Assembly (NCBI GenBank): GCA_011525685.1
Contig: WYBW01000009.1
Span: forward strand, 8,369 to 72,368
DNA length: 64,000 bases
Origin: Verrucomicrobiia bacterium
Lineage (GTDB): Bacteria; Verrucomicrobiota; Verrucomicrobiia; Limisphaerales; JADLHS01
Direction of reading: 5' to 3'
The number at the start of each line of letters is the position of its first letter. Position 1 is the first letter of the stretch. The notes beneath the pieces are model-generated. The model saw only the letters and a list, made by a program, of their open reading frames with translations. It did not search any database and had not been told where the DNA came from. The translations under genes were made by a program, and so were the position numbers. Of this stretch, positions 1 through 9,520 are shown piece by piece.

Positions 1-236
1 GCCTTCAGTTCAACCACGACCAACTTCTCGACCAGAAAGTCAAGCCGATGCTCCCCCACTTGGGGACCGCGGTAAAAGACGGGAACGGTTCTCTGTCGCT
101 CATACCTGATTCCCATGGTATCGAACTCGATGGCCAATGCCTCTTCGTAAATGGTTTCAAGAAAACCCGGGCCGAGAGCTTTATGAACGTTGATGGCTGC
201 GGCGATAATACTCCCCGTGAGTTCCTCATGCTTCAT
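1..236 (-). CDS. GxxExxY family protein (PD-(D/E)xK-like), partial, runs off window start
   Basis: Manual translation from ATG at 236: MKHEELTGSIIAAAINVHKALGPGFLETIYEEALAIEF...GEHRLDFLVEKLVVVELK. It contains the GxxExxY motif (GFLETIY). Not in the ORF track because it lacks a stop in the window. Confidence 0.9.
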   Translation of the reverse strand, partial: MKHEELTGSIIAAAINVHKALGPGFLETIYEEALAIEFDTMGIRYERQRTVPVFYRGPQVGEHRLDFLVEKLVVVELK

Positions 237-278
237 GTTCTCTTCATGAGTTCCTGAGTTCCTCCTTCATTCTCCGGT

Positions 279-2207
279 TCACTTCTTCAAATCGTCGAAG
301 TAGTCCTTCACCGCGCCCTGGTAGGCGCGCGGGACTTTCTCCTGGCTCAACGCGCTTTGGGCGTCGGCTTGCGCGGCGGTGGCGGCCTCCTCGTATTGCA
401 CCTGGCTCGTGCCCTTGATGCTCACGCCCTTCAGGGTGATGCTGGGCATCTGGCCGCCGGGGGAGAACTGGCCCTTCACCTTGTCGGGCTTCAGCGCTTC
501 GCTGAGACGCTGGTCGCGGTCGGTGATTCCGCGCGGGTCCATGTCCGGACGTTCCATGCCAGTGTTGTCCCAACGACCCGTCCACTCGCCGGTGTAATCG
601 CCCTGATCGTCATCGGCCCAGGTGCCGACGCCGCTGCCGGGCTTGCCGCCCTGGCCCATGCCGGGCCGTTTGCACATTGCCCAACCTTGACACGTGCCGA
701 TGCACAAGGAGGCCTGGTCCAGGTTCTCGAGTGCGGCCAGGAGCGATTGCGCGTCGCCCATTTGTTGCAGCAACTTCTCCAACTCCTTCGCCGCGTCGGC
801 CAGCGACTGGGAGGCGCCGGCTTTGTCGCCGGATTTCATCCGCGCGGTCGCCTGTTTCAAACATTCGCCCACTTCGCCGTACTCGGAGGCGGGCTTGATG
901 GCGTCGGAAACTTCCGCCAGGATTTTTTGCAGTTGCTCGGGCGACAACTGCGCGGACTTCAGTTGCTCGGCGAGCTTTTCCAAAGTCATCTGTGCGGCGT
1001 CGGCCTGACCGTTCTGGAGTTGTTCGGCGAGGTCTTTACCAAGTTTTTCCGCCTGCGCCTGGAGCGCCTGGAGTTGTTTGGCCATGTCGCGCAGTTTTTC
1101 CAGGTCCGTCAACGCGGCCTCGAGGTCTTTGAGGAAACGGTCGGTCTGATTCGCGGCCAGCGCCTCGATGGCTTCATCCAATTGCGGAAGGTCGAGGCCC
1201 ATCTGCTGGGCCTGTTGCGCGAGGGCGGAGAGCGAGGCGGACAATTTTCGTCGCTCAGCCTCACTGCCCGCACCGGTCTTGTCAGCCAGCCCTTTCGCGG
1301 CCTCCTGCAACTTCTCCAAGTCCTTCTGCAACTTGTCGAGCGCCTCGCCGTTGCCAGCCTGATCGCCGACTTGTTTTTGGAGCGATTCAATCTGCTTTTG
1401 AAGGCCGGCGGCCTTCTGCGAATCCGCCCCTCCCGGCGTCCGGGCCGCTTGCTCGAGCTTGCGCAGGCCGGGGTCCTTGGCCAGTTCCTTGAGTTGATCC
1501 TTGAGTTTGTCCGCCGCGCTGGCCAGATCGCGCAGCGCCTCGCTGCGGTTGAGCGAAACTTTCTGCAGCTTGTCGCCCAGTTCGGAGACCGACTCGAGAG
1601 ACTTCTCGGTGCGCTCCAGCGCCGGCTTGCGCTGGGCGAGATCGCGGCGGGTCAGGTCGGCAAGTTGCTTGCCGACGTCCTTCATGACCTTCGCGTCCGC
1701 CTGCCGTTGCTGGTGCGCCTTGCTGCGATACTCGGGCACAAAGCCCAGTCCGACGGCCGCCACCAGGATCAAAACCGCCCACCGCGCGGCTTTGGGCAGG
1801 TGAAACCGCACCAGCCGGCGCGGGTCAATTTCACCGGCGTGCGCCGCCGCGTCGTGGACGACCAGTTGTCCCCAGCTTGAATCATTTCCCGTTGCTCCAA
1901 CTTCAAGCGCCGTGCTGAGGCGCTCCTTGAGATTCTGTTGAACATCCAGCCAGCGGGCCGTTCCCGGCAAACTGGGTTTGTGCCAACCGCCAATCAAAAA
2001 GCCGAACCACGGGCAGACCAGGGCCACCGCACCGGTCCACCAAAGCGAAGTCACGGGAATGGGCGCGAGCTTGTAAACCGCCAGGGCCATGAGCCAGAGA
2101 AGGCTGCCCGTGAACAACCCGACCCACATCCCGCGCAAGGCGCGCGCCAGGCGACGGCGTTGGGCCGCGCGGTGGAGCGTCGTCTCGATGATCTGGAGTT
2201 CGCTCAT
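279..2207 (-). CDS. Membrane-anchored long coiled-coil protein (DUF4175-like)
   Basis: Three N-terminal hydrophobic segments, a long Q/K/E/L/A heptad region, a Gly-rich linker and C-terminal 'VPRAYQGAVKDYF'. Start taken at MSELQ (2207). Confidence 0.7.
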   Translation of the reverse strand: MSELQIIETTLHRAAQRRRLARALRGMWVGLFTGSLLWLMALAVYKLAPIPVTSLWWTGAVALVCPWFGFLIGGWHKPSLPGTARWLDVQQNLKERLSTALEVGATGNDSSWGQLVVHDAAAHAGEIDPRRLVRFHLPKAARWAVLILVAAVGLGFVPEYRSKAHQQRQADAKVMKDVGKQLADLTRRDLAQRKPALERTEKSLESVSELGDKLQKVSLNRSEALRDLASAADKLKDQLKELAKDPGLRKLEQAARTPGGADSQKAAGLQKQIESLQKQVGDQAGNGEALDKLQKDLEKLQEAAKGLADKTGAGSEAERRKLSASLSALAQQAQQMGLDLPQLDEAIEALAANQTDRFLKDLEAALTDLEKLRDMAKQLQALQAQAEKLGKDLAEQLQNGQADAAQMTLEKLAEQLKSAQLSPEQLQKILAEVSDAIKPASEYGEVGECLKQATARMKSGDKAGASQSLADAAKELEKLLQQMGDAQSLLAALENLDQASLCIGTCQGWAMCKRPGMGQGGKPGSGVGTWADDDQGDYTGEWTGRWDNTGMERPDMDPRGITDRDQRLSEALKPDKVKGQFSPGGQMPSITLKGVSIKGTSQVQYEEAATAAQADAQSALSQEKVPRAYQGAVKDYFDDLKK

Positions 2208-2351
2208 GGCTCTGATGGCAATCTGCCGCAAGGGCGCGAACTTGGCCAGCACAATTCCAAAGTCCCACGCAGCCCATCCAGACCTTCGTGCCTCCGTTGG
2301 GGAAGAGGCAGGGCTCAACCGCGGCGACCGACCACTGGGGGGCAACCGCGG

Positions 2352-3110
2352 CTACTTTTCCTCCTGAGCAGTAATTGGAGAACTTCCCTGCGCCGCATTG
2401 GCCGGTGCGCGGACGGGTTGCCCAGCCCAAGTCCTCGTCCGCCAGATGACGAACGCCCAGAGGATCAGTGCGATTCCGCTGGTGACAAAAGTGGCTTGGA
2501 AGGCGAACAGGAGAAAATCGTACAAGCCATGCACGAACATGGCCAAAGCCACACTGCCGGCCTGCCAGCACGTGCGGCGGAACGAGGGCGGCAGGTGGAA
2601 GCGCGCGTAGCCGATGCCAAGTCCCCAGATGGCACTGAACAGCATGTGGGTGAGCGGCAGCGCCGCGGTGCGGGCCAGTTGTTCCGGCCAATGGAGGTCA
2701 GGCACGTTGTAGAAGTTCTCCATGCTGGCGAAGCCCAGCGAAATCGCCGCCGCGTACACGAACCCATCCATCGGCTCATCGAATTCCCGCCATCGAACGA
2801 CAATCAGGCAGAACAACAGCGCCTTGGTCCCTTCTTCGAGCGGACCGATGATCGCGAAGCAATAGAAAGCCGTCCAGGGCACCTCGCCGAATTTGACGTC
2901 GTCCACACCCAGCGCATCCAGCGCGACAAAGACGCCCACGGACAGTGCCCAAGCCACGATGCCCAGCAAAAAAGCCACCACCAGGTGACGGCGCGGTTCG
3001 GGTTGGCGCTGGTCCTTCAAGCGCACGTAGTACATCCACAAGATTGCGCTCGCCAGGATGACGCCCATCAACTGCCATGTGTCTAACGGAGACGGCACGG
3101 GGCGAATCAT
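2352..3110 (-). CDS. PrsW family intramembrane glutamic protease
   Basis: Motifs EP, EExxK (LEEGTK), FxxxEN (GFASMEN), H (LTHM) and HxxxD (VHGLYD) in a multi-TM protein. Confidence 0.9.
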   Translation of the reverse strand: MIRPVPSPLDTWQLMGVILASAILWMYYVRLKDQRQPEPRRHLVVAFLLGIVAWALSVGVFVALDALGVDDVKFGEVPWTAFYCFAIIGPLEEGTKALLFCLIVVRWREFDEPMDGFVYAAAISLGFASMENFYNVPDLHWPEQLARTAALPLTHMLFSAIWGLGIGYARFHLPPSFRRTCWQAGSVALAMFVHGLYDFLLFAFQATFVTSGIALILWAFVIWRTRTWAGQPVRAPANAAQGSSPITAQEEK

Positions 3111-3211
3111 AACCCAACAAGCCGAAGGACGAAAGTGACGACGGGAATCTGCCCCCACAGTTGCCCTGCGGTTGGTTCAAGCAGGGAGGGAAGTCGGGCC
3201 GCGAAATGAAG

Positions 3212-3287
3212 TGGTGGGTTGGCCGGGACTCGAACCCGGGACCAACGGCTTAAAAGGCCGCTGCTCTACCGACTGAGCTACCAACCC
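3212..3287 (-). tRNA. tRNA-Lys (anticodon UUU)
   Basis: Reverse complement GGGTTGGTAGCTCAGTCGGTAGAGCAGCGGCCTTTTAAGCCGTTGGTCCCGGGTTCGAGTCCCGGCCAACCCACCA: 76 nt cloverleaf, anticodon loop CT-TTT-AA, GTTCGA T-loop, encoded CCA. Confidence 0.97.
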
Positions 3288-3454
3288 ACAGGGCGGGCGG
3301 GTCTGTTTCTCTGTCCAGACAGGGAATCACACCGCGACCGGGAAAGTGCTGGCAAAACCAAGTGCGGCAAAACCTAGGCAAGTCCTCCGCGTCGTGCAAG
3401 GTCTTTCTCCAGTCTTGAGAGCCTCTTGTCGCTGCCCCCAAGAAAAGCCAGCCC

Positions 3455-3554
3455 GGAGTGCGCCGTTCACGCCGCTTCAGCTCCCGCAAGCTCAACGGCC
3501 AATCGTTTCGCCACAGTCCGCCCGCACGTTGAAGCGACCGGTTGGTCGCGCTCC
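3455..3554. repeat. REP-like palindromic doublet (GGAG...CTCC ends)
   Basis: GGAGTGCGCCGTTCACGCCGCTTCA ... TGAAGCGACCGGTTGGTCGCGCTCC: imperfect inverted pair in an intergenic region. Confidence 0.6.
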
Positions 3555-3580
3555 GGGAACAATGTCAAGACGCTCGCCGC

Positions 3581-4384
3581 TCAATTGGCGGGACGGAACT
3601 GGGCTTTTGCCTCCGGCATCCGCTGCTTAAGCTGCCGTATGCGCTTTTTGTCAGTGGGGTGTGTGCGCAGGAACGCGGGCACGGCGTCGCCCTGCTGCTG
3701 CTTGGCCTCGGCAAATCGCTGCCAGAACAGCACCGCCGCCTCGGGATCGTATCCGGCCCGCGCCATGTAGATCAGTCCGATGCGGTCGGCTTCAGATTCC
3801 TGTTTGCGGCTGTGGGGCAATTGTCGTCCGAGCGTGGTCGTCACGCCGTAAGCTGTGGCGCCGACCGCCTGCCAGGCCGGATCAGTCTTGGACAGGCCGG
3901 CGCCCAACAGGCCGCCCAATCCCTGAATCACCATCGCTTCGCTCACCCGTTCCCCGCCGTGACGCGCCACCGCGTGGGCGACCTCATGCCCAATCACGGT
4001 TGCCAGTCCGGCCTCGTCCCGGGTGATGGGCAGGATGCCCGTGTAGATGCCGACCTTGCCGCCGGGCAGGCAGAAGGCGTTGGCCTCCGGGCTGTCGAAC
4101 ACGACGAATTCCCACTGGGCCTTGGGCATGTCCGCCTGCGCCACCGCGGCGATCCGCTGACCGACTTTTTGCACCAGCGCGTTCGCCGCCGGGTCTTTGC
4201 TGATCGGCGTATCCTTCTTCAACTGTTCGAAGCTCGTCAGCCCCAGTTCCATCTCCTCGCCCAGCGTCAGGAGTGTCAATTGCGACCGCCCGGTCACCGG
4301 CACGGTGCTGCAGCCGCTCCACCACACCGCGCTCAAAACCATCAGCGCGCACAGGGCCATCCGTTGGCAAAATCGTTTGTTCAT
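3581..4384 (-). CDS. M48 family Zn metallopeptidase, probable lipoprotein
   Basis: NAFCLPGG, HEVAH (HExxH), ESEAD and THP motifs; lipobox-like WSG-C after a hydrophobic signal. Confidence 0.92.
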   Translation of the reverse strand: MNKRFCQRMALCALMVLSAVWWSGCSTVPVTGRSQLTLLTLGEEMELGLTSFEQLKKDTPISKDPAANALVQKVGQRIAAVAQADMPKAQWEFVVFDSPEANAFCLPGGKVGIYTGILPITRDEAGLATVIGHEVAHAVARHGGERVSEAMVIQGLGGLLGAGLSKTDPAWQAVGATAYGVTTTLGRQLPHSRKQESEADRIGLIYMARAGYDPEAAVLFWQRFAEAKQQQGDAVPAFLRTHPTDKKRIRQLKQRMPEAKAQFRPAN

Positions 4385-4488
4385 AGCTTTGATTTGGTTC
4401 GACCCCACCAGCGAACCAGAATTTTTTGGGTTTTCAACCCGGAACATTTTGAGGTTAATGTCGCCTCGTTGGACAACCGACTGATTCG

Positions 4489-5754
4489 ATGAAAGTCAAT
4501 CTCGCCTACGGCCAGGGCCACCTCCCGGTGGAGTTGCCGGATGATCGCACCACGGTCATCGCGCCGACGCACACTCCGGGACTGGCGGACGAACGCGGCG
4601 CGGTGCTCGCGGCGCTGGCCCAGCCCATCGGCGCGCGGCCGCTGCGCCAGTGGATCAAGCCGGGCGACCGCGTGTGCATTCTCTTCACCGACATCACCCG
4701 CGCCACACCCAACGAACGGCTCATCCCGTGGCTGCTGGATTATCTGAAGGATGTGCCGCGCGAACACATCACACTGCTCAACCAGCTTGGCACGCACCGG
4801 CCCAACACCACCGCCGAACTGGAGCGGATGCTCACACCCGAGGTGGTGCGCAACTATCGCGTCGTCAATCACGAGCCGGAGAATCCCGCCGCACTCGTTC
4901 AACTCGGCACCACCCGTGACGGCACCCCCGCGTTGCTCAACAAACACGCCGTCGAGGCGGACGTGCGCATCGTGACCGGCTTCATCGAGCCGCATTTCTT
5001 TGCCGGATTCAGCGGCGGCATCAAGGGCCTTGTGCCGGGCGTCGCGGGTCTGCGGACCGTGATGAGCAATCACGGGGCGAAGAACATCGGCGACGCGAGG
5101 TCCACTTTCGGCATCACCGAGGGCAATCCGCTCTGGGAGGACTTGCGCGACATCGCCCTGCGCGCGGGCCGGAGCTTCCTGCTCAACGTCTCGCTGAACG
5201 AAGAACGCCGGATCACCGGCGTGTTCGCCGGCGACATCCTTGCCGCCCACAAGGTCGGTTGCGAATTCGTGCGCCGGTCGGCCATGCAGAAATTCGACGC
5301 CCCCTTCGACATCGTGATCACAACCAACAGCGGCTATCCGCTGGACCTGAATCTGTATCAAGGTGTCAAGGGCATGAGCGCCGGAGCACGCGTGGTGAAA
5401 CAGGGCGGGACGTTGATCCTCGCCGCCGAATGTCGCGAAGGCCTGCCGGCGGGCAGCCCGCTGGACAAGTTGTTGCGCAGCGCGGCGAGCATCGAGGAGG
5501 TGTTGGGCCTGCTGAATTCGCCGGGGTTCATTCGTCCCGAACAATGGCAGGCGCAGATTCAGGCCCTCGTCCAGCGCAAGGCCAACGTGCTGGTCCACAG
5601 TTCCCTGGCGGACGATGTCGTGCGCGCGGCGCACCTCACGCCTTGCCACGACATCAGCGCCACGGTGAACGAATTGATTCGCGCGAACGGCAACGGCGCG
5701 CGCATCGCCGTGCTGCCGCAAGGGCCGTTGACCATTCCCTACCTGGCCGAATAG
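4489..5754 (+). CDS. larA: Nickel-pincer-dependent lactate racemase (LarA) family protein
   Basis: DITR, GTHR, 'GFIEPHFFAGFSGGIKGLVPG', GYPLDLNLYQ..KG, AAECREG and EQWQAQ motifs. Confidence 0.9.
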   Translation: MKVNLAYGQGHLPVELPDDRTTVIAPTHTPGLADERGAVLAALAQPIGARPLRQWIKPGDRVCILFTDITRATPNERLIPWLLDYLKDVPREHITLLNQLGTHRPNTTAELERMLTPEVVRNYRVVNHEPENPAALVQLGTTRDGTPALLNKHAVEADVRIVTGFIEPHFFAGFSGGIKGLVPGVAGLRTVMSNHGAKNIGDARSTFGITEGNPLWEDLRDIALRAGRSFLLNVSLNEERRITGVFAGDILAAHKVGCEFVRRSAMQKFDAPFDIVITTNSGYPLDLNLYQGVKGMSAGARVVKQGGTLILAAECREGLPAGSPLDKLLRSAASIEEVLGLLNSPGFIRPEQWQAQIQALVQRKANVLVHSSLADDVVRAAHLTPCHDISATVNELIRANGNGARIAVLPQGPLTIPYLAE

Positions 5755-5776
5755 ACCGGCCGGGTTGAGTCAACCC

Positions 5777-6715
5777 ATGACCATACAACCGCCAGAAATC
5801 AGCGTCACCCGCCCCGTCGGGCAGGCTCTTGACCGGGTGAAGCTCGTGTTGTTTCAACCCTTCGACTTGGGCAAGTGGTTCGTGATCGGTTTCTGCGCCT
5901 GGCTGGCGCAACTGGGCGAGCACGGTTTCGGCGGTAATTTCAACTTCAACTTTGGCGGTGGTCGCGGTCGCGGTGGCAGCGTGCGGGAGGCCTTCGGGCA
6001 GGCGTGGGAGTACGTCCAGAACAACCTCTACTGGATCCTGCCGACGGTGATCGCGCTTGTCGCCGTGGGCGTGGCGCTTTGGCTGGTGTTCACCTGGTTG
6101 AGCAGCCGCGGCAAATTCATGTTCCTTCATTGCGTCGCCCACAACCGCGCCGAGGTGGCCGTGCCCTGGCGGCAATTCGCCCACCCGGGCAACAGCCTGT
6201 TCCTTTTCCGCATCCTGCTGGGATTGACGGGAACGATCCTCACCTTGCCGCTGCTGGCGGTAATCGCCGTTGGCATTCTCCGGATGGTTCAGCGCGGCGA
6301 ACCGAGCGTCGTGGGAATCCTGGTGAGCTTGGTGATGGCACTGGCTTTGATCGCCGTGGCCATCGTGCTCGCGTTGATCGGCAAGTTCACAACCGACTTC
6401 GTCGTGCCGATCATGTTTCTCCGCGGCGTTGGCTGGCGCCAGGGCTGGGGAGAATTCTGGGGAATGCTCTGGCGCAAAATCGGCCACTTCGTTCTCTACA
6501 TCCTCTTTCAAATCCTGCTGGCCCTGGCCATCGGCACCATCACGCTGATCGTGGTGCTGGCGACGTGTTGCATTGCGGGTTGTCTGCTGGCCCTGCCCTA
6601 TCTGGGGACGGTGCTGTTCCTGCCAGTTCTGCTGTTCAGCCGCGCTTATTCGCTTCACTACCTCGCGCAGTTCGGCCGGGACTACGATGTGTATCCGCCG
6701 CCGGTGAATGTTTGA
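5777..6715 (+). CDS. Conserved hypothetical multi-pass membrane protein
   Basis: About 312 aa with 5-6 hydrophobic segments; follows larA on the same strand. Start could be the TTG at 5765. Confidence 0.75.
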   Translation: MTIQPPEISVTRPVGQALDRVKLVLFQPFDLGKWFVIGFCAWLAQLGEHGFGGNFNFNFGGGRGRGGSVREAFGQAWEYVQNNLYWILPTVIALVAVGVALWLVFTWLSSRGKFMFLHCVAHNRAEVAVPWRQFAHPGNSLFLFRILLGLTGTILTLPLLAVIAVGILRMVQRGEPSVVGILVSLVMALALIAVAIVLALIGKFTTDFVVPIMFLRGVGWRQGWGEFWGMLWRKIGHFVLYILFQILLALAIGTITLIVVLATCCIAGCLLALPYLGTVLFLPVLLFSRAYSLHYLAQFGRDYDVYPPPVNV

Positions 6716-6728
6716 AGACCTGTGCCAG

Positions 6729-6798
6729 GGAGCGAGGACGGCGGAGTCCGCGCGGGTGCATTGAACCGGGTTCGCGCCGGCATGGCTGTCCGCGCTCC
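6729..6798. repeat. REP-like palindromic doublet between convergent genes
   Basis: GGAGCGAGGACGGCGGAGTCCGCG ... CGCCGGCATGGCTGTCCGCGCTCC inverted pair. Confidence 0.6.
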
Positions 6799-6833
6799 GA
6801 GCAAACCTTGGTGGGTGACGCTGCTCGCCCAAA

Positions 6834-7817
6834 TTATTTCGCCCCGGCTTCAGCCTTGTATTCCCCGTAAGCCTTCGCCAATCGCTCCGCGCTGGCCGGC
6901 CCGCGATGAATCCAGACCCGATAACGGCAGCGGATCACCTCGCCGACCGGGAACGTCGCCGGTTTGACCCCGGGCCAGCCGAGGCAGAGGACGCCGTAAT
7001 GCCGCGTCAACCATTGCGGCGGAAAATCCGGATGACTCGGATGCACAAAGATCGCCGCGCCGCTCGTGACTTTCTCCGCGTCCCACAGCCGCGTCAAATC
7101 CGCCCACGGCAGATTCGTCATCGGCAGGTCCTGCTTGGTGAGGCCGGCGGGAATCGTAATGGCCGTGTTCGTGCCCGGCGCGAAACGCAGCGTCAGCCCG
7201 CCGTAACTCTTGCCTTCGGCTCCGGTGAGGGTCATGGGCGCTTTGATCGGCACCCACTCACATTCCACGTCAATCGCCCGTTCGCCGCCTTTCGCCGGAT
7301 GCACGCGCAACTGGATTTTTTCCTGCACCACCTTCTCGTTGCCCACATACCAGCCGTTCTCCATGGCCAGCGTCGCACCCTTCGACGAAGCGTCCTTTTC
7401 GATCCAACGCTCGAACTGGTGGCGGATGCCTCTCAAATCCCAAAGGGAATACTCCTGATCGCCAATCCGCACGTGCGGCCAGGCCCAGAAGAGGCCGCGA
7501 TGATGGTAATGATCCCGCGGGAAATCATCGGTCAACACTTCGCCATCGAGGCCGTAGAGCGGATGCACGTAGGAACTGCGCGACCGATTGGCCGGCACGC
7601 CCTCCCTGCTGATGACACCCTGATTGTAAACCAGCACCGGTTTGTCTCCTTCCCACAAGCCGACCGATTTGTCGCTCACCGCGGCGAAACGGAAGCCCGT
7701 CTTGCTTGCCGAATCCGCGGCGCGACAACCCACGGCCAGCATCCACAATGAAGCGACGATTGTACAAGTCACCATCGCGGCGCGACGGCCTCGAAGAACC
7801 AGCATCAGCCCTTTCAT
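6834..7817 (-). CDS. Secreted DUF6807 (PmoA-like annotated) family protein
   Basis: 'YVHPLYGLDGEVLTDDFPRDHYHHRGLFWAW', YGG..LR, HPSHP..PPQW..RHYG motifs; N-terminal signal. Start uncertain. Confidence 0.75.
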   Translation of the reverse strand: MKGLMLVLRGRRAAMVTCTIVASLWMLAVGCRAADSASKTGFRFAAVSDKSVGLWEGDKPVLVYNQGVISREGVPANRSRSSYVHPLYGLDGEVLTDDFPRDHYHHRGLFWAWPHVRIGDQEYSLWDLRGIRHQFERWIEKDASSKGATLAMENGWYVGNEKVVQEKIQLRVHPAKGGERAIDVECEWVPIKAPMTLTGAEGKSYGGLTLRFAPGTNTAITIPAGLTKQDLPMTNLPWADLTRLWDAEKVTSGAAIFVHPSHPDFPPQWLTRHYGVLCLGWPGVKPATFPVGEVIRCRYRVWIHRGPASAERLAKAYGEYKAEAGAK

Positions 7818-7989
7818 GCCTTTAGCAATAGCGCCTTTCTTGTCCTGTCCACCAGCAAGAATTGCATGGACTCCAATCCCAGTGCATATCTCAGCTTCCT
7901 GCAGGTAATGGTTGTCGCGCTGCGACAATCCCGTCCGCGTGCAGCGGACGGAATTGGCTCACCGGCGTGGGGCGTTGCGCCTCTGAACG

Positions 7990-8259
7990 GATCCCTCGCT
8001 GTATTCAGTTAAATGGGATTGCGAGAGTGCAGGTGAATGATCCGGAGTCTTGGCAACGGTCTCCCTCTCCCAGCGGGAGAGGGAAAAAGGGTGAGGGAGA
8101 GTCTTCGCATCCGTCGTGGCGGGCTGAACTGAGTCCCTGCGCCCCGGGTTTTCCACGCGCTCTCACCACGACCCTCTCCCGCTGGGAGAGGGAAACCTGC
8201 TGTCCGCTCCGCGTGGCTCCTTGCTTTCGGTTTCATTCCACCGAAAACAGCGAAGAACC
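7990..8259. mobile_element. Degenerate MITE-like element enclosing a CCCTCTCCC-type REP pair
   Basis: 26-bp terminal inverted repeats matching 19/26; flanking 8-bp direct repeat TCTGAACG/TCTGCACG; internal CCCTCTCCC.GCGGGAGAGGG hairpins at about 8063 and 8172. Confidence 0.6.
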
Positions 8260-8435
8260 TCTGCACGCGGCGCTACTCCTTGCAGCGCGACGAGTTCCAC
8301 CAGGTCATTCCCATTCGCCCTGCAACAAGGCAAGAGGCGCTGCCAACCCCACAAACCTGGTTGCATCCATGGAACAAGTCATCCAGTCCAGTTCCGCAAC
8401 AAAGCTTGAAAGAAATCTCCCGCTGCTGCGAATCT

Positions 8436-9515
8436 GTGTCTGTGCGGAAAATTGATGCAGCCGTGCCAGGTGCCGAGGGCCCGGACGCCACGCGCTCCAG
8501 TCTCGTCAACCGCCTGCACAACTGGAACGACCACGGCGGCTGGCAGGTCTTTTTCGACCGCTACTGGAAGCTCATTTACGCCGTGGCTGTGAAGGCCGGC
8601 TTGACGGACGCCGAGGCGCAGGATGTCGTCCAGGAAACCGTCGTCGCCGTCGCCAAGCAGTTGCGCGAAGGCGGCTATGACCGCGACCGGAGTTCCTTCA
8701 AGAACTGGCTTTGCATGATCACCCGCCGGCGGATCATAGATCATTTCCGCCGGCGCACAAAGTTTGCGAAACGCCCGCTCGCCAGTGATGACACCAGCCG
8801 TACCAACACAATCGCCCGCGTGCCCGATCCCGCCAGCCTTGAACTCGACGCCGTCTGGGACGAGGAATGGCGCAAGAACCTCGTGGACGCCGCCATCGAA
8901 CGCGTGAAGGAGAAGGTCACGCCCAAGCAGTTTCAAATCTTCGACCTCGCCGTGCTCAAGGACCTCCCCGTGCGCGAGGTCACAAAGCTGCTCAAAGTGA
9001 ACACTGCCCAGGTCTATCTGGCGCGCCATCGTGTCGGCGCACTGGTGAAACGGGAGGTGGAACGTCTCGAAAAGCAGGCGGAGAACGCGGAGGGGAAAGG
9101 CATGAAAAGCGATTACGATGAATCGGAGCTTCGTCCTCAAGGTTTTGGAGTGCGGCAGTCCTCTGCCGCTGGGGAGGTTGTGGGTAGGCGAAAGCGCCAG
9201 CGGACTGGCGCAGTCCAGGACGCTTGCGCGCCCAAGGCGGCATGCCTTTGGGGCGGGGCGCAGTCTCGCAGTCGAGAATTGCTCGAATCCTTCATGGAGT
9301 TCTTCGTATTGCTGACTGCATGGTTCTCCGCGCAGCCGCAGTGGCGCCGTTATCGTGTCGCCCCGCGCGCGAACCCCGCCGCCTTCCGTCATGACTTGCT
9401 CCGTGCGATTCAGCGCGAACTGTGTCGTAGCGCCGACTTTCCAGTCGGCGATAACGCCGGTTGGAAAACCGGCGTTACCACGCTATCCTCGGTCGTCAGT
9501 CGCACCACCCTCTAA
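8436..9515 (+). CDS. ECF-type RNA polymerase sigma-70 factor with long repeat-derived C-terminal tail
   Basis: TRSSLVNRL..W..FFDRY, DAEAQDVVQE, FKNWL..I (region 2) and a region-4 HTH (QVYLARHRV). The core ends near 9085 but the frame stays open to 9515. GTG start uncertain. Confidence 0.85.
   Translation: MSVRKIDAAVPGAEGPDATRSSLVNRLHNWNDHGGWQVFFDRYWKLIYAVAVKAGLTDAEAQDVVQETVVAVAKQLREGGYDRDRSSFKNWLCMITRRRIIDHFRRRTKFAKRPLASDDTSRTNTIARVPDPASLELDAVWDEEWRKNLVDAAIERVKEKVTPKQFQIFDLAVLKDLPVREVTKLLKVNTAQVYLARHRVGALVKREVERLEKQAENAEGKGMKSDYDESELRPQGFGVRQSSAAGEVVGRRKRQRTGAVQDACAPKAACLWGGAQSRSRELLESFMEFFVLLTAWFSAQPQWRRYRVAPRANPAAFRHDLLRAIQRELCRSADFPVGDNAGWKTGVTTLSSVVSRTTL
9145..9218. repeat. REP-like doublet (GGAGTGCGGCAG family)
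   Basis: TTGGAGTGCGGCAGTCCTCTGCCGCT ... AGCGCCAGCGGACTGGCGCAGTCCAG: two hairpins in inverted arrangement. Confidence 0.65.
9427..9478. repeat. GTAG/GTAA REP-like doublet
   Basis: GTAGCGCCGACTTTCCAGTCGGC-GATAAC-GCCGGTTGGAAAACCGGCGTTAC; same family as 9894, 12942 and 60754. Confidence 0.8.
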
Positions 9516-9520
9516 CCAAG

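Noticed and set aside
3160-3300. tRNA-Lys as an island integration site
   Set aside because: No integrase and no duplicated tRNA 3' end seen; the flanking genes look like ordinary chromosomal genes.
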